IMG/VR virus record: IMGVR_UViG_2711768005_000008
DNA: 43,864 nucleotides
Source: a virus
Lineage: Duplodnaviria > Heunggongvirae > Uroviricota > Caudoviricetes
Strand: one strand, 5' to 3'
Numbering within the stretch: position 1 is the first letter of the stretch; every line of letters begins with the position of its first letter. The notes beneath the pieces were generated by a model. The model had not been told where the DNA came from, made no database searches, and saw only the letters and a list, made by a program, of their open reading frames with translations. Positions 1-9,312 of the stretch are shown piece after piece. The translations under genes and the position numbers were made by a program.

Positions 1-75
1 CTCTCGTCTGGGGAATATCTCCCCGGCAGCCTTCAGGGAAAAATATCATCAGATGGCTGCTTAAAAAAAGAACAA

Positions 76-306
76 ATGGTAGTGTCCGCTATTGCCAGTA
101 CACCTCAGCTATTACCTTCTTCAGAGAGCCCCCAGCTACTTCCTGTGACTCTCGATGCAGCTGCCGAACAGCCAGAATCGCTCGCAGAGGACCCGAAAAC
201 CCTCAGTATCAGCTGTGAGGTAACGTTCCGGCACGGGACGCTCCGCTTCAATGGCAATGTCAGCGAAAAGCTCCTGACTCTGCTGATACAGGAACTGAAG
301 CGATGA
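76..306 (+). CDS. IS66-family accessory protein (orf1/TnpA-like); frame is open back to position 1, so may be 5'-partial
   Basis: Stop overlaps the start of the IS66 TnpB-like ORF (ATGA at 303-306), the usual IS66 orf1-orf2 coupling; the ORF itself carries no motif I recognise. Confidence 0.45.
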   Translation: MVVSAIASTPQLLPSSESPQLLPVTLDAAAEQPESLAEDPKTLSISCEVTFRHGTLRFNGNVSEKLLTLLIQELKR

Positions 307-626
307 TCCCGTTACCTTCCGGGATCAAAATTTGGCTGGTTGCCGGTATCACCGATATGAGAAATGGCTTCAACGGCCTGGCTGCGAAAGTACAGACGGC
401 GCTGAAAGACGATCCCATGTCCGGCCATGTTTTCATTTTCCGGGGCCGCAGCGGCAGTCAGGTTAAACTGCTGTGGTCCACCAGTGACGGACTGTGCCTC
501 CTGACCAAACGGCTGGAGCGTGGGCGCTTCGCCTGGCCGTCAGCCCGTGATGGCAAAGTGTTCCTTACACAGGCGCAGCTGGCGATGCTGCTGGAAGGTA
601 TCGACTGGCGACATATAACCAGGTGA
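303..626 (+). CDS. tnpB: IS66-family TnpB (Orf2), probably lacking about 10 C-terminal residues
   Basis: Protein has IWLVAGITDMRNGFNGLAAKVQ / GHVFIFRGRSGSQVKLLW / DGLCLLTKRLE / FAWP, the conserved IS66 Orf2 signature; ORF ends exactly where the Mu-like left-end repeats begin. Confidence 0.8.
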   Translation: MIPLPSGIKIWLVAGITDMRNGFNGLAAKVQTALKDDPMSGHVFIFRGRSGSQVKLLWSTSDGLCLLTKRLERGRFAWPSARDGKVFLTQAQLAMLLEGIDWRHITR

Positions 627-630
627 ATCA

Positions 631-787
631 TTTGATACCGACAAGGGGTTTAGTGAAAGGAGGTGAAATCACCTGTAAGATACTGAAATAAAACAGGTGA
701 TGGCTAGATGTGCGGATAAGGTCTATTTGATACCGATTGTGCAATAATTAGTCATTTATTATAAAATCGGCAACTCATTTGATACTG
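631..787 (+). repeat. Left-end (attL-like) putative transposase-binding repeats: TTTGATACCG at 631-640 and 726-735, TTTGATACTG at 778-787
   Basis: Three direct copies in the first ~170 bp of the element, spaced like Mu L1/L2/L3; inverted copies at the other end. Confidence 0.5.
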
Positions 788-859
788 TGGTTTTAGTCTT
801 TTAAGGCGTTCCAAACAATGCGAAATACTCGATATAGTGCAAAATGCGGGCTAATGCTA

Positions 860-1405
860 TTAACCCGCTTTTGGTTCTACCGCGTTAGATTTGCGACTTC
901 TCTCAGTTTCTTCCAAAATCTCTCTGACGCGTTCGTCAGACATACCTTCAAGCTGTAATGCAGCTATTCTTTTCCTTCCTTCTAAGCGGATTAGATCTTG
1001 ATTTTCAGGCTCTAACAACCGAGCTAAGTACTTGGCTCCATTCAGAACCAAATTTTTCGATAGCTGCTCTAAGTCTTTTTCATCAAGTGCGCTGATAATC
1101 GTCATAATTATCTTCTTGCTTTCATCTTGATTTTCCTTGATCTCACACCGATTCACTTGTGATGCATCACTGAATCCACATAGCCACTCAACACTTACTC
1201 CTTCGATAGACGCAATCTGAAGGGCGACACTTAAGGATGGCTCAGTGCCACGAGACAGATAATTGTTTAGTGTTGAAAATGAAAGCCCCCAATCTCTTGC
1301 TGCAGCTCTGACGCTGCGGGAGCCAATCAGCCTTTTCAGACGCTCAGCAATGCTTTCTTTTCTACCACCAGGAAAAGAAAGAGATGTTGTTGTTTGCTTG
1401 TTCAT
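860..1405 (-). CDS. c: Mu-like repressor (c-like), 181 aa
   Basis: Divergently placed upstream of ner-A-B, size and position as in Mu; operator-like inverted repeats lie in the 1405-1590 intergenic region; no motif-level confirmation. Confidence 0.55.
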   Translation of the reverse strand: MNKQTTTSLSFPGGRKESIAERLKRLIGSRSVRAAARDWGLSFSTLNNYLSRGTEPSLSVALQIASIEGVSVEWLCGFSDASQVNRCEIKENQDESKKIIMTIISALDEKDLEQLSKNLVLNGAKYLARLLEPENQDLIRLEGRKRIAALQLEGMSDERVREILEETERSRKSNAVEPKAG

Positions 1406-1460
1406 TTTCTTTTCTTCCTATCAATTTGAAATTATTAACTTTTAGTGTTGTCAGCAACCA

Positions 1461-1523
1461 TTGATCCACAATAGACAAAAGAAAGATGTTTTTTTTGCTT
1501 TACATGAAGCAGAAGTGGATCAA
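1461..1523. promoter_or_regulatory. Operator-like inverted repeat TTGATCCAC (1461-1469) / GTGGATCAA (1515-1523) between c and ner
   Basis: 9-bp perfect inverted repeat pair about 45 bp apart in the divergent promoter region. Confidence 0.35.
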
Positions 1524-1537
1524 TACTTATATCAAAC

Positions 1538-1561
1538 TTGATAACTAAGTTTAGTTATCAA
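1538..1561. promoter_or_regulatory. Ner-operator-like palindrome TTGATAACTAAGTTTAGTTATCAA
   Basis: Near-perfect 11-bp inverted repeat 30 bp upstream of ner; contains TAACTAAGT, which resembles my recollection of the Mu Ner site consensus. Confidence 0.4.
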
Positions 1562-1590
1562 ATTTCGTAACTTTTTAGGATAGATGAATC

Positions 1591-1821
1591 ATGGCGAGAA
1601 ATGAAGTTAAGCCTGATTGGCATCCTCAAAGAATTTTGGGGGAAGTCAGAGCCAGAGAAGGAAGCATGAGGGCGCTGGCCCGTAAAGCTGGCGTGGGTCA
1701 GAACAATCTGTACAACGCGGTATACCGCCATGTTCCCAAGTATGAGGGGATTATCGCGGAATGCCTGGGGGTGCCGCCCGAGGAGATTTGGCCCAGCCGC
1801 TACATTCGTAAGGTCGCGTAA
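1591..1821 (+). CDS. ner: Ner-like DNA-binding protein
   Basis: 76 aa; ...DWH...LSALAR.AGV....L.NA..RH.PK.E.IIA..L...PEEIWPSRY aligns with Mu Ner; first gene of the early operon. Confidence 0.8.
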   Translation: MARNEVKPDWHPQRILGEVRAREGSMRALARKAGVGQNNLYNAVYRHVPKYEGIIAECLGVPPEEIWPSRYIRKVA

Positions 1822-1823
1822 TT

Positions 1824-3911
1824 ATGTTTGCTTCAGTTAAAGAACTGGTTGGATTACCGGGGATGCCGGGAACGGAGCAAGGCGTTCGCTATTCAATCAG
1901 GAAGTATGCAACCAGCGAAACCAGCAGACGCCGCAAGAAAGGCGCTAAAGGTTTTGAATACAGCATTGACTGTTTACCTGAAGTGACACAGCAGGCATTA
2001 CGCGAACGTTATGCCCTGCAACTGATGACGCAAAAAGCCGATGAATCACCGGCTCCGGTGGTGACAAAGGCCAGACGCTCGTCTGCCGTGGTTGATGCGG
2101 TGGAGGCATATCGCGGATCACCACAACTGATGGTCGAACGCCTCAATGCCCTGACTGAAAACCAGCGCCAGGTGGCAGACGCACGCATTGCGATCGTCAG
2201 TGAGGTGCTGAAATTCACGCAACAACCCGGTTTCAGCTGCGCTAAAGCTATCCGGTTCCTCGTTAACAGCCTGGCACGATCACAACTGGACGAGCGCATT
2301 GTGGCAATGGTTGAGACGGCGAACGCCAAAAAGGGAAACAGCCGCGCGTTGAGTGAAATCACGCTGAAACGCTGGATTGCGGCCTTTAACAAGGCACAGA
2401 ACGCCGCTGAACGCCTGCTTTTACTGGCACCGGGTAAACGCCAGGAAATAAAAGCCGAAGATATTAACTGGCTGCCCGAATTTCTGGCGCAGTATCGCCA
2501 GTCAAACGGCCGACCAATGACCGAGGCTTACGAGGATTTTGTTGCTGAATGGCAGCACCGGCACGCTGATGAGCCTTATATGCTCGATATCATGCCCTCT
2601 TATGACACCATTCGCCGCGCAATGAAGAAACTGCCGGAAGTGGTGAAACAAAAAGGCCGGGTAACTGGCAGTGAATACCGTCAGCTTGAGGGATTCACGC
2701 GCCGCGACTGGTCCAGAATGCCGGTGAATTATGTCTGGATTGGTGACGGTCACGGCATGAAGCTGAAATGCGCGCACCCGGTTCACGGGCGGCCATTCGC
2801 ACCGGAAGTGACCTTTGTTATCGACGGTGGCACGCGCTTTGTGGTGGGCTGGAGCCTTGACCTGGCTGAAAATGTTTTCGCCGTAGCCGGTGCCATACAG
2901 CACGGTATTCGCCATCATGGCAAACCGTTTCTGTATTACTCGGATAATGGCTCCGGGGAAACCGCCGACGTCCTGGATAAGGAGATTGTGGGGATACTGC
3001 CACGACTGGGGATTAATCACCCGACAGGGATTGCCGGTAATCCGCAGGGACGGGGCATTATCGAACGGCTTAACCGCACATTACCGATGCGCATAGCCCG
3101 TAAATACCGCACCTATTTCGGGAAAGGAGCAGATCGCGAGACGTTACGTAAAACCAACCGCGATTTACGCTCGGCATTCAGTGCCCTGCAACAGGGCAAA
3201 CGGCTGAACGCCCGGCAGCAGTCAGCGATGCGTGATTTACCGTCCTGGTCTGAACTGATTGATGCCATTCGTGACGGTGTTGAGTGGTACAACAACCGGC
3301 CGCACGATGAATTACCCATGAAGCCGAACGGTAAACATTACAGCCCGGCGGAGTTCAGAAAAAAACGCCTGGCGGAAGAGGACACGGAAATTGAATGGCT
3401 GTCCGATGTTGAACTGCGGGATATGTTCCGGCCGATGGTGGAGCGCCCTGTAAGACGCTGTGAAATACGCTGGCTGAATAATATTTACTACGCGCCCGAG
3501 CTGCGTGACGAGCATGGCCGTAAGGTACTTATCAGCTATGACATTCATGATGCCGAACGAATTACCGTGCGCCGCCCGGATGGCAGCGTGATTTGCGAGG
3601 CGGTATGGGACGGCAATAAACGCGAAGCCTTCCCTGTCAGCGCGGAATACTACAAACAGCAGCAGCGCCTTAAAGGCATGCGTAAACGCGCAGAGGAAAA
3701 AATCCGTGATGCCGAGGATGAGGTTGTCAACGTGCTGGAGCACAAGCCGCAGGAGCCCTGGCTGGAAAACATATACCGCCCTGTGGGTAATACGGTGACC
3801 GTTCAGCAACCGGTCGCTGACGATGAACCTGATGAAGAATACGAGCGTAATTTCCAGCGGGGATTGCAACTGCTCGAAGCGAAATTAAAAGAAAGTGATC
3901 CGCTGGCCTGA
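1824..3911 (+). CDS. A: Mu-type DDE transposase A
   Basis: 695 aa, follows ner; catalytic-core-like region VWIGDGHGMKLKC...FVIDGGTRFVVGW...YYSDNGSGE. Confidence 0.85.
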   Translation: MFASVKELVGLPGMPGTEQGVRYSIRKYATSETSRRRKKGAKGFEYSIDCLPEVTQQALRERYALQLMTQKADESPAPVVTKARRSSAVVDAVEAYRGSPQLMVERLNALTENQRQVADARIAIVSEVLKFTQQPGFSCAKAIRFLVNSLARSQLDERIVAMVETANAKKGNSRALSEITLKRWIAAFNKAQNAAERLLLLAPGKRQEIKAEDINWLPEFLAQYRQSNGRPMTEAYEDFVAEWQHRHADEPYMLDIMPSYDTIRRAMKKLPEVVKQKGRVTGSEYRQLEGFTRRDWSRMPVNYVWIGDGHGMKLKCAHPVHGRPFAPEVTFVIDGGTRFVVGWSLDLAENVFAVAGAIQHGIRHHGKPFLYYSDNGSGETADVLDKEIVGILPRLGINHPTGIAGNPQGRGIIERLNRTLPMRIARKYRTYFGKGADRETLRKTNRDLRSAFSALQQGKRLNARQQSAMRDLPSWSELIDAIRDGVEWYNNRPHDELPMKPNGKHYSPAEFRKKRLAEEDTEIEWLSDVELRDMFRPMVERPVRRCEIRWLNNIYYAPELRDEHGRKVLISYDIHDAERITVRRPDGSVICEAVWDGNKREAFPVSAEYYKQQQRLKGMRKRAEEKIRDAEDEVVNVLEHKPQEPWLENIYRPVGNTVTVQQPVADDEPDEEYERNFQRGLQLLEAKLKESDPLA

Positions 3912-3984
3912 AATAAAAAAATAACCCGAGGGGTGACTCAGGTTATTTGAGGTTTCAGTCTCGGAGAATGCTGTCTCAAGCGAG

Positions 3985-4926
3985 GTGAATAATATGACCG
4001 ATATTAACGATGTAATCAAGACCATTGATGAACTTATTGATGGCGGCGTACTGACGCAGTATGCCATCGCCAGAGAGGCGGGAATTTCCGACGGCACATT
4101 ATCGGCTTTCCGTAAGGGAAAATATAAAGGCGATAACGCTGCTGTGGCTGCTTCCCTGCGCTCCTGGTATGAGAACTGGAATAAACAAAGCGCACTGCCG
4201 GAACCGCCGCAGTTTGTGGAAACTCAGACAGTCCAGGAGCTGCGCGCACTGTTTCAGGCGGTTCGCCTGATGGGCTGTATTAACGTTATTGTGGGCGTAC
4301 CGGGTGTGGGTAAAACGGCCACTGCCCGTAATTACTGCCAGGAGCAACCAAACACCTGGATGATCACCCTGTCACCCGCGCACTCCAGCGTCACGGAGTG
4401 TCTGCTGGAGCTGGCCGATGCGCTGGGGATTGATTACACCCGCGCGAACAAAGGGGCATTATCCCGCGCCATCCGCCGTCGCCTGATGGGAACGCGTGGA
4501 CTGGTGATTGTGGATGAGGCGGATCATCTTGGTATTGACGGTCTGGAGCAACTCCGGGCAATTCAGGACGCCACGGGGATCGGGATGGTGCTTATTGGTA
4601 ACCCGCGCGGATTGTTTAAAGGTGGACGCCGCGCCTTTGATGATTTATCGCGCCTGTTCAGCCGTCTTGCCCGTACAAAACAACTTCGCAAGGCCAAAAA
4701 GGCGGATGTGCTGGCCATTGCCATGGCGTGGGGGATCAGTGGTGAGGCCGAGCTGGCCGTCATGCAGGCTATCGCTGAAAAGCCGGGAGCGTTACGCGTT
4801 CTGACACATACGCTTAACCAGGCGTGGCTCACCGCCAGCGGTGAAGGCGCGGCGCTGACAGAAAAACATATTAATGCGGCCTTTAAAGAGGTTTATACCA
4901 ACCCTGAATTACTCTCACAGGTGTGA
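3985..4926 (+). CDS. B: Transposition ATPase B (AAA+ target-DNA activator)
   Basis: 313 aa; Walker A VGVPGVGKT, Walker B VIVDEADHL; directly follows A. Confidence 0.85.
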   Translation: MNNMTDINDVIKTIDELIDGGVLTQYAIAREAGISDGTLSAFRKGKYKGDNAAVAASLRSWYENWNKQSALPEPPQFVETQTVQELRALFQAVRLMGCINVIVGVPGVGKTATARNYCQEQPNTWMITLSPAHSSVTECLLELADALGIDYTRANKGALSRAIRRRLMGTRGLVIVDEADHLGIDGLEQLRAIQDATGIGMVLIGNPRGLFKGGRRAFDDLSRLFSRLARTKQLRKAKKADVLAIAMAWGISGEAELAVMQAIAEKPGALRVLTHTLNQAWLTASGEGAALTEKHINAAFKEVYTNPELLSQV

Positions 4927-4928
4927 TT

Positions 4929-5150
4929 ATGGCGGTATTTAATATTCCTGATATTTACGGACGCTTTTACCTGGTTAATTTCGATAACGTGAAGGTGATT
5001 TCACTGGCCGAAAATAAAGAATGTGGCGATTTACTTTTTGAATTTAATGACCGCACACGAATGGTGATATCTGCCGGACTTGATCGCGAAGGTGCGACAG
5101 AAGTTTACAGCGGAATATGCCGTTCTGTTGGTGCGAAACAAGTCAGCTAA
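4929..5150 (+). CDS. hypothetical early protein
   Basis: ORF in the co-directional early operon, overlaps the B stop; function unknown. Confidence 0.4.
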   Translation: MAVFNIPDIYGRFYLVNFDNVKVISLAENKECGDLLFEFNDRTRMVISAGLDREGATEVYSGICRSVGAKQVS

Positions 5151-5162
5151 ATGAGGTGTTAT

Positions 5163-5417
5163 ATGAATATGCAATCCTGCGGTAACAAAATGAATTTATT
5201 CGACTCCCTGAACAGCGCGCGCCGTCTGACCGAACTTGCCGGTGCGGTACTGGAACGCAGTAAGCGCTATCCGCAACGTTTTGCACTGAAAACCACGCCG
5301 CCGGTAGGCAACGTGCAGGGAACCGGTGAAATTGAAATCACCATACAGACCAACGGCCTGCGCCGCCGTGTGAAGGCCACCCGCATCAGCGGCTGCACGG
5401 TTTACTGGGAGGTGTGA
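5163..5417 (+). CDS. hypothetical early protein (start ambiguous, 5151-5163)
   Basis: ORF in early operon. Confidence 0.4.
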   Translation: MNMQSCGNKMNLFDSLNSARRLTELAGAVLERSKRYPQRFALKTTPPVGNVQGTGEIEITIQTNGLRRRVKATRISGCTVYWEV

Positions 5418-5418
5418 G

Positions 5419-5700
5419 GTGAAAAAAAATCTCATTGCATGGGCGTGGTCGAGTGGTCTTATTGAGTTTGGTTACGTCCTGCCGGAAGGTGCATTGCCGA
5501 TAGTTGCCGGAAAGCCTGCCACGGTACGGCATGTGATTGAGGTTATGGCGCGTCATGGACGTGATGAACAGGAGCAGTTACTGGTTCCGGGGATACCGGA
5601 AGCGGTGACGGAGGAAGAAGCCTTTAATGCCATGATTCGGTTCTGCCGTGAGGTTAGACGCCGGGTCAGTTATCCAAACAGAACGAGGACCAGAGGATGA
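5419..5700 (+). CDS. hypothetical early protein (GTG start)
   Basis: ORF preceded by GGAGG, tightly packed with its neighbours. Confidence 0.4.
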   Translation: MKKNLIAWAWSSGLIEFGYVLPEGALPIVAGKPATVRHVIEVMARHGRDEQEQLLVPGIPEAVTEEEAFNAMIRFCREVRRRVSYPNRTRTRG

Positions 5701-5969
5701 GTAAAGTCGTACGCATTATTTTCGAATACAAGGAAGATGTTATCTGCAAAAACTCTGATGGCAGCACGCACAGAGGGGTAAGTCTGGATATACGTTCAAC
5801 CGGAATAAAGAAGAAAGATAATGGACCCGCCATGATTTTTGGGGTGGTTATGCTGGCAGAAAGCAGAAACTTCGCAGAGTTTGTGGCAATGAAAGCCAGT
5901 GCATTCATGAAAGACAGAGGCATGGCTTCCGGGGTTATTAACGGTAATGAATTTAATCAACAGGGGTAA
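5697..5969 (+). CDS. hypothetical early protein, paralog A (MSKVVRIIFEY...)
   Basis: ORF; N-terminus resembles the next ORF. Confidence 0.45.
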   Translation: MSKVVRIIFEYKEDVICKNSDGSTHRGVSLDIRSTGIKKKDNGPAMIFGVVMLAESRNFAEFVAMKASAFMKDRGMASGVINGNEFNQQG

Positions 5970-5973
5970 TTCC

Positions 5974-6267
5974 ATGAGCAAAGTACGCGTTATTTTTGAA
6001 TTTAATCATGTTTCGCATGACGAAAAGTTGGCAGGCAATGACTGTGTTGAAGTGCATGAAAAGATTGGAGTGGATGTGAAAACAGAACGTGATACGGATA
6101 ACAGGCCGACGTCACTCTGTGACGTTTATGCAAGTATTCTCCAGTATCACAGTCCTGCAATTATTCAGTTTCTCTCAGCGGAATTTCAGGCATCTGCACA
6201 GTCTTTTGGAGCGGATGCCATCATTAAACGCCACCGCGTGCATAAAGCATCAGGCACACTGCAATAA
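5974..6267 (+). CDS. hypothetical early protein, paralog B (MSKVRVIFEF...)
   Basis: ATG at 5974 preceded by a purine-rich stretch; N-terminus parallels the 5697 ORF. Confidence 0.45.
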   Translation: MSKVRVIFEFNHVSHDEKLAGNDCVEVHEKIGVDVKTERDTDNRPTSLCDVYASILQYHSPAIIQFLSAEFQASAQSFGADAIIKRHRVHKASGTLQ

Positions 6268-6278
6268 GGAAAAACAAA

Positions 6279-6809
6279 ATGGCTAAACGCGTTACAAAAT
6301 TAAAGGCCGCAGCCGAGGCGGCACCGCAGACCCGGGAAGAAGTCAGCCGTGATATCCGCACCCTGGGAGATATTCAGCGAGAGGCGCTGCGCCTGGAAAC
6401 GGCGATGAATGACGAAGTGGCAGAAATCACCGCCCGTTATACGCCGCAGATTGAAAATCTTAAAAAGCAAATCAAAGTGCTTTTTAAAGGGATTCAGGAC
6501 TGGTGCAAAACCAACCGTGATGAGCTGACGAACGGCGGCAAAACCAAAACAGCCAATCTGACCACCGGAACGGTGTCATGGCGGCTGGGAACGCCATCAT
6601 GCAGCGTCAGCCGTGATGTGGAAGGTGTGATTGAAATGCTGCGCCGTATGGGGCTTGAGCGTTTCATCCGCACGAAAGAGGAAGTGAACAAGGAAGCCGT
6701 CCTGGCGGAGCCGGATGCTGTGAAAGGCATTGCCGGTATCAAGGTGAATAAAGGCGCTGAAAGTTTTTATGTCGAGCCTTTTGAACAGGACGCCGGACTG
6801 AATAAATAA
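6279..6809 (+). CDS. gam: Gam-like host-nuclease inhibitor (Ku-like DNA end-binding protein)
   Basis: 176 aa; DIQREALRLETAMNDEVAEIT...NRDELTNGGKTKTANLTTGTVSWR...RFIRTKEEVNKEA closely parallels Mu Gam. Confidence 0.8.
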   Translation: MAKRVTKLKAAAEAAPQTREEVSRDIRTLGDIQREALRLETAMNDEVAEITARYTPQIENLKKQIKVLFKGIQDWCKTNRDELTNGGKTKTANLTTGTVSWRLGTPSCSVSRDVEGVIEMLRRMGLERFIRTKEEVNKEAVLAEPDAVKGIAGIKVNKGAESFYVEPFEQDAGLNK

Positions 6810-6954
6810 CACCGCATTAATCAATTAAATATCACTTCATTTTAATTATGGCGCTCGCGTCAGGGGACTGCTTGCGCCTGAAAACAGAAAATAAGGGTTA
6901 AGAAATATGAAATACGTTTATATCGTCATTAATAATGTGGTGGGGAAATAAATC

Positions 6955-7488
6955 ATGATTGATGCAAAAGTGCTTGAAGGGGTTAAAAACTGGCTGTGTA
7001 TTTATGGCCGCCTGACCTGCGGTGTACTGGCTGAAAAAATGAATATGCCGCCATCCTCCATGGTTTATTTTCTGCGTGATGCGGTTGATGCAGGCGTGCT
7101 GACGGAATGTAACGGTTTTTATGATATTCCGCGTCCCCGCCCGGTGCAGCCGGTTCGTCGCAAATGCAGCCAGGAATCTGCGGCTGATGATGTTCAGTGG
7201 TGCGGCTTCAGAAAATCCCTGCCATGGATTGAGGGGCATGATATTCCGTCGATGGCGTGGGAATTTGCTCAGGGCGTTCTGACCTGTGAAACCGTTTATG
7301 TGGTGGCTGAAGTTGATGAGCAGGCCATGAAAGAAGGCGTGCCCCAGTTTGTGATGGCGTATATCGACATACGCCTGGGCGTCATTATCTGCGGTTTAAG
7401 CGGCTGGAATATCACTGAACATGTTCTGCGCTACCTGATTGTTGACCGGACAGCAGCGCCTGCCGGGATATCTGCGGAGGTGGCGTAA
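6955..7488 (+). CDS. hypothetical protein, possible N-terminal helix-turn-helix
   Basis: 177-aa ORF in the early operon. Confidence 0.4.
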   Translation: MIDAKVLEGVKNWLCIYGRLTCGVLAEKMNMPPSSMVYFLRDAVDAGVLTECNGFYDIPRPRPVQPVRRKCSQESAADDVQWCGFRKSLPWIEGHDIPSMAWEFAQGVLTCETVYVVAEVDEQAMKEGVPQFVMAYIDIRLGVIICGLSGWNITEHVLRYLIVDRTAAPAGISAEVA

Positions 7489-8003
7489 TGTTCTTTAAAA
7501 CATCAAACCCTTCCGCGCTGGCTGCGTGGCAAAAATACCAGCAGGACTGCCAGAAAGTTAAGGATGAGGCAAAACGCCTTGAGGCCGTGCTGAATGTTGC
7601 GTGCCGGTCGGTATTTGTATCCGGTATCAGTGGATTTTACTTTAAGGGACTGCGTTTTACGGAGGACAAATATCCTTTTCATCGCGACTTATGGCGAAAA
7701 CCGACTGCGTCGAATGGCTGGAGCTGCACACCGCGCACATCACGTATCCCTAAAACCCTGCGTGTTGCCTCTGATGAACTGAACAGTCTGTGGCGTGAAT
7801 ATTCGCCCGTCACGTATGCCAGAACCGATGCGCTGTTGTTCTGGTTGGGTATTGATTTCTCGGCAATCCTGTTTGGCCCTGTGAAGTGGTTCTGCGTTGA
7901 CGATGTGATTTACCTTCAGTGCGGCGTAAAACCCGCAAAACAGAAAATGACCGAAATACTGTCTGATGAGTTTTATGCTGCTGAAAAGCGAGTCAGGGGG
8001 TGA
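7488..8003 (+). CDS. hypothetical protein
   Basis: 171-aa ORF, start overlaps the previous stop. Confidence 0.4.
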   Translation: MFFKTSNPSALAAWQKYQQDCQKVKDEAKRLEAVLNVACRSVFVSGISGFYFKGLRFTEDKYPFHRDLWRKPTASNGWSCTPRTSRIPKTLRVASDELNSLWREYSPVTYARTDALLFWLGIDFSAILFGPVKWFCVDDVIYLQCGVKPAKQKMTEILSDEFYAAEKRVRG

Positions 8004-8006
8004 TGC

Positions 8007-8558
8007 ATGATGAAATTACAACCCATGGGACTAAAAGGTCGCGCCCCCGCTCATGTCCGTCCGTGGACACCTGAAGAAGATGCGCTGCTGATTGCGCTTT
8101 ATTCATCCACCCCGGTTAAGGATATTGCTGCCAGAATAAAAAGAACTGTCTGGGCTGTATATAACCGGACTGGTGTATTGCGCAGTTCATACCCGGAGTT
8201 ACTGAAATATAAACACCCAAGATTTACACCTGATGAAGATAAGTTTATTCGAAAAAATGCCAGAACAATGACCTGCCAGCAAATGGGAGAATATCTCGGA
8301 CGTAATAAAGATTCTGTCAGATGTCGGGCAGGAATGATTGGTGCTGGATTAACAAAGTGCGGAGAGTTACGCCCCGGCACGCGCATATCTGATGATGATG
8401 TACGTCTTATACGTGAGCTGCGTGATTCCGATTACCCACGCCGTCTGTCATTCCGGGAAATTGGCGAAAAGTTTGGAATATCTGAACATTCTGCTCACGC
8501 AGTTTATTACCGTCGCCGGACTGCCGAGGACGCTGTATTACGGGAGTTAACGCCATGA
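8007..8558 (+). CDS. hypothetical DNA-binding protein with two W-x-P-[ED]-ED (SANT/Myb-like) repeats and a C-terminal HTH-like segment
   Basis: WTPEEDALLIALY... and FTPDEDKFIRKN... repeats; LSFREIGEKFGISEHSAHAVYY. Confidence 0.4.
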   Translation: MMKLQPMGLKGRAPAHVRPWTPEEDALLIALYSSTPVKDIAARIKRTVWAVYNRTGVLRSSYPELLKYKHPRFTPDEDKFIRKNARTMTCQQMGEYLGRNKDSVRCRAGMIGAGLTKCGELRPGTRISDDDVRLIRELRDSDYPRRLSFREIGEKFGISEHSAHAVYYRRRTAEDAVLRELTP

Positions 8559-8887
8559 TAACGACCTTATTTGTTGAATCAGATGAACCTCTTGTGTGTG
8601 CCGCCGGAATGCCGCTCTGTGGCGGAACGCTGACCGGCGTTTATTTCGGGGATTTGCGCGGTTATCCCTGGCATTCACTGGATGACGCATTTCCGCCTGA
8701 TATGGAGGCTGTCGTGCTGATTGTTCAGTATGGTGACCAACAGGAACTGCGCATCGGCCATATGGGGTATGAAGGCTTTTTTATTGATGAAGAAACCGGA
8801 GCCTGCCTTGAAGATGAGGACGGACAGGTGACGCACTGGTGCCATCTTTCGGCCTTGCCGGAATTACAGGGGATACATAATGGATGA
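8555..8887 (+). CDS. hypothetical protein
   Basis: 110-aa ORF overlapping its neighbours. Confidence 0.4.
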   Translation: MITTLFVESDEPLVCAAGMPLCGGTLTGVYFGDLRGYPWHSLDDAFPPDMEAVVLIVQYGDQQELRIGHMGYEGFFIDEETGACLEDEDGQVTHWCHLSALPELQGIHNG

Positions 8888-9023
8888 GCAAATTGTTGAA
8901 TGTCCCACCTGTGGAAATGAGGACCCGGAGTATCTGAAAGAGTGCCCACATTGTGGTGAGATAAAATGTAACCACTGCGATATGGGCGACGACACTGCAT
9001 GTATAAATTGTGAGGATGAATAA
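8880..9023 (+). CDS. 47-aa Cys8 zinc-ribbon microprotein (four CxxC pairs); absent from the ORF track because shorter than 60 aa
   Basis: ATG at 8880 overlaps the upstream stop; MDEQIVECPTCGNEDPEYLKECPHCGEIKCNHCDMGDDTACINCEDE. Confidence 0.45.
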   Translation: MDEQIVECPTCGNEDPEYLKECPHCGEIKCNHCDMGDDTACINCEDE

Positions 9024-9024
9024 T

Positions 9025-9312
9025 ATGGAAAAAGAAATCAAATTTGCGCCTAAATCTATCGACGAAGAACTGGCTAAAATCGGCATGCTTGAACGTATGC
9101 GGGACATTATCGAATATGCGATAAAAGAAAATCTTGCAGCCAGAGAAGCCCTTTTGATAATGGAGCGGGAGATTAACCTGATTAAGGATGCTGTATCTCT
9201 GGATAATAAAATAGCCCGCGAGGAATACGTTCGCCGTAGGCTCGGTGTTGATGGTTCAGCAATTCTTACATCTGAACATTATGCAAAAATTTTTAATCTT
9301 TTTCAGCGGTAA
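9025..9312 (+). CDS. hypothetical protein (start could be GTG 9010)
   Basis: ORF; GAGGA upstream of ATG 9025. Confidence 0.4.
   Translation: MEKEIKFAPKSIDEELAKIGMLERMRDIIEYAIKENLAAREALLIMEREINLIKDAVSLDNKIAREEYVRRRLGVDGSAILTSEHYAKIFNLFQR

Noticed and set aside
2009-3869. Several minus-strand ORFs (127-185 aa) inside the transposase A gene
   Set aside because: Antisense overlap with a strongly supported 695-aa gene; no RBS or motif.
6825-6955. Intergenic hairpin GGCGC...GCGCC and a 14-aa mini-ORF after gam
   Set aside because: No T-tract after the stem and the mini-ORF has no RBS; probably just an intergenic spacer or internal promoter region.
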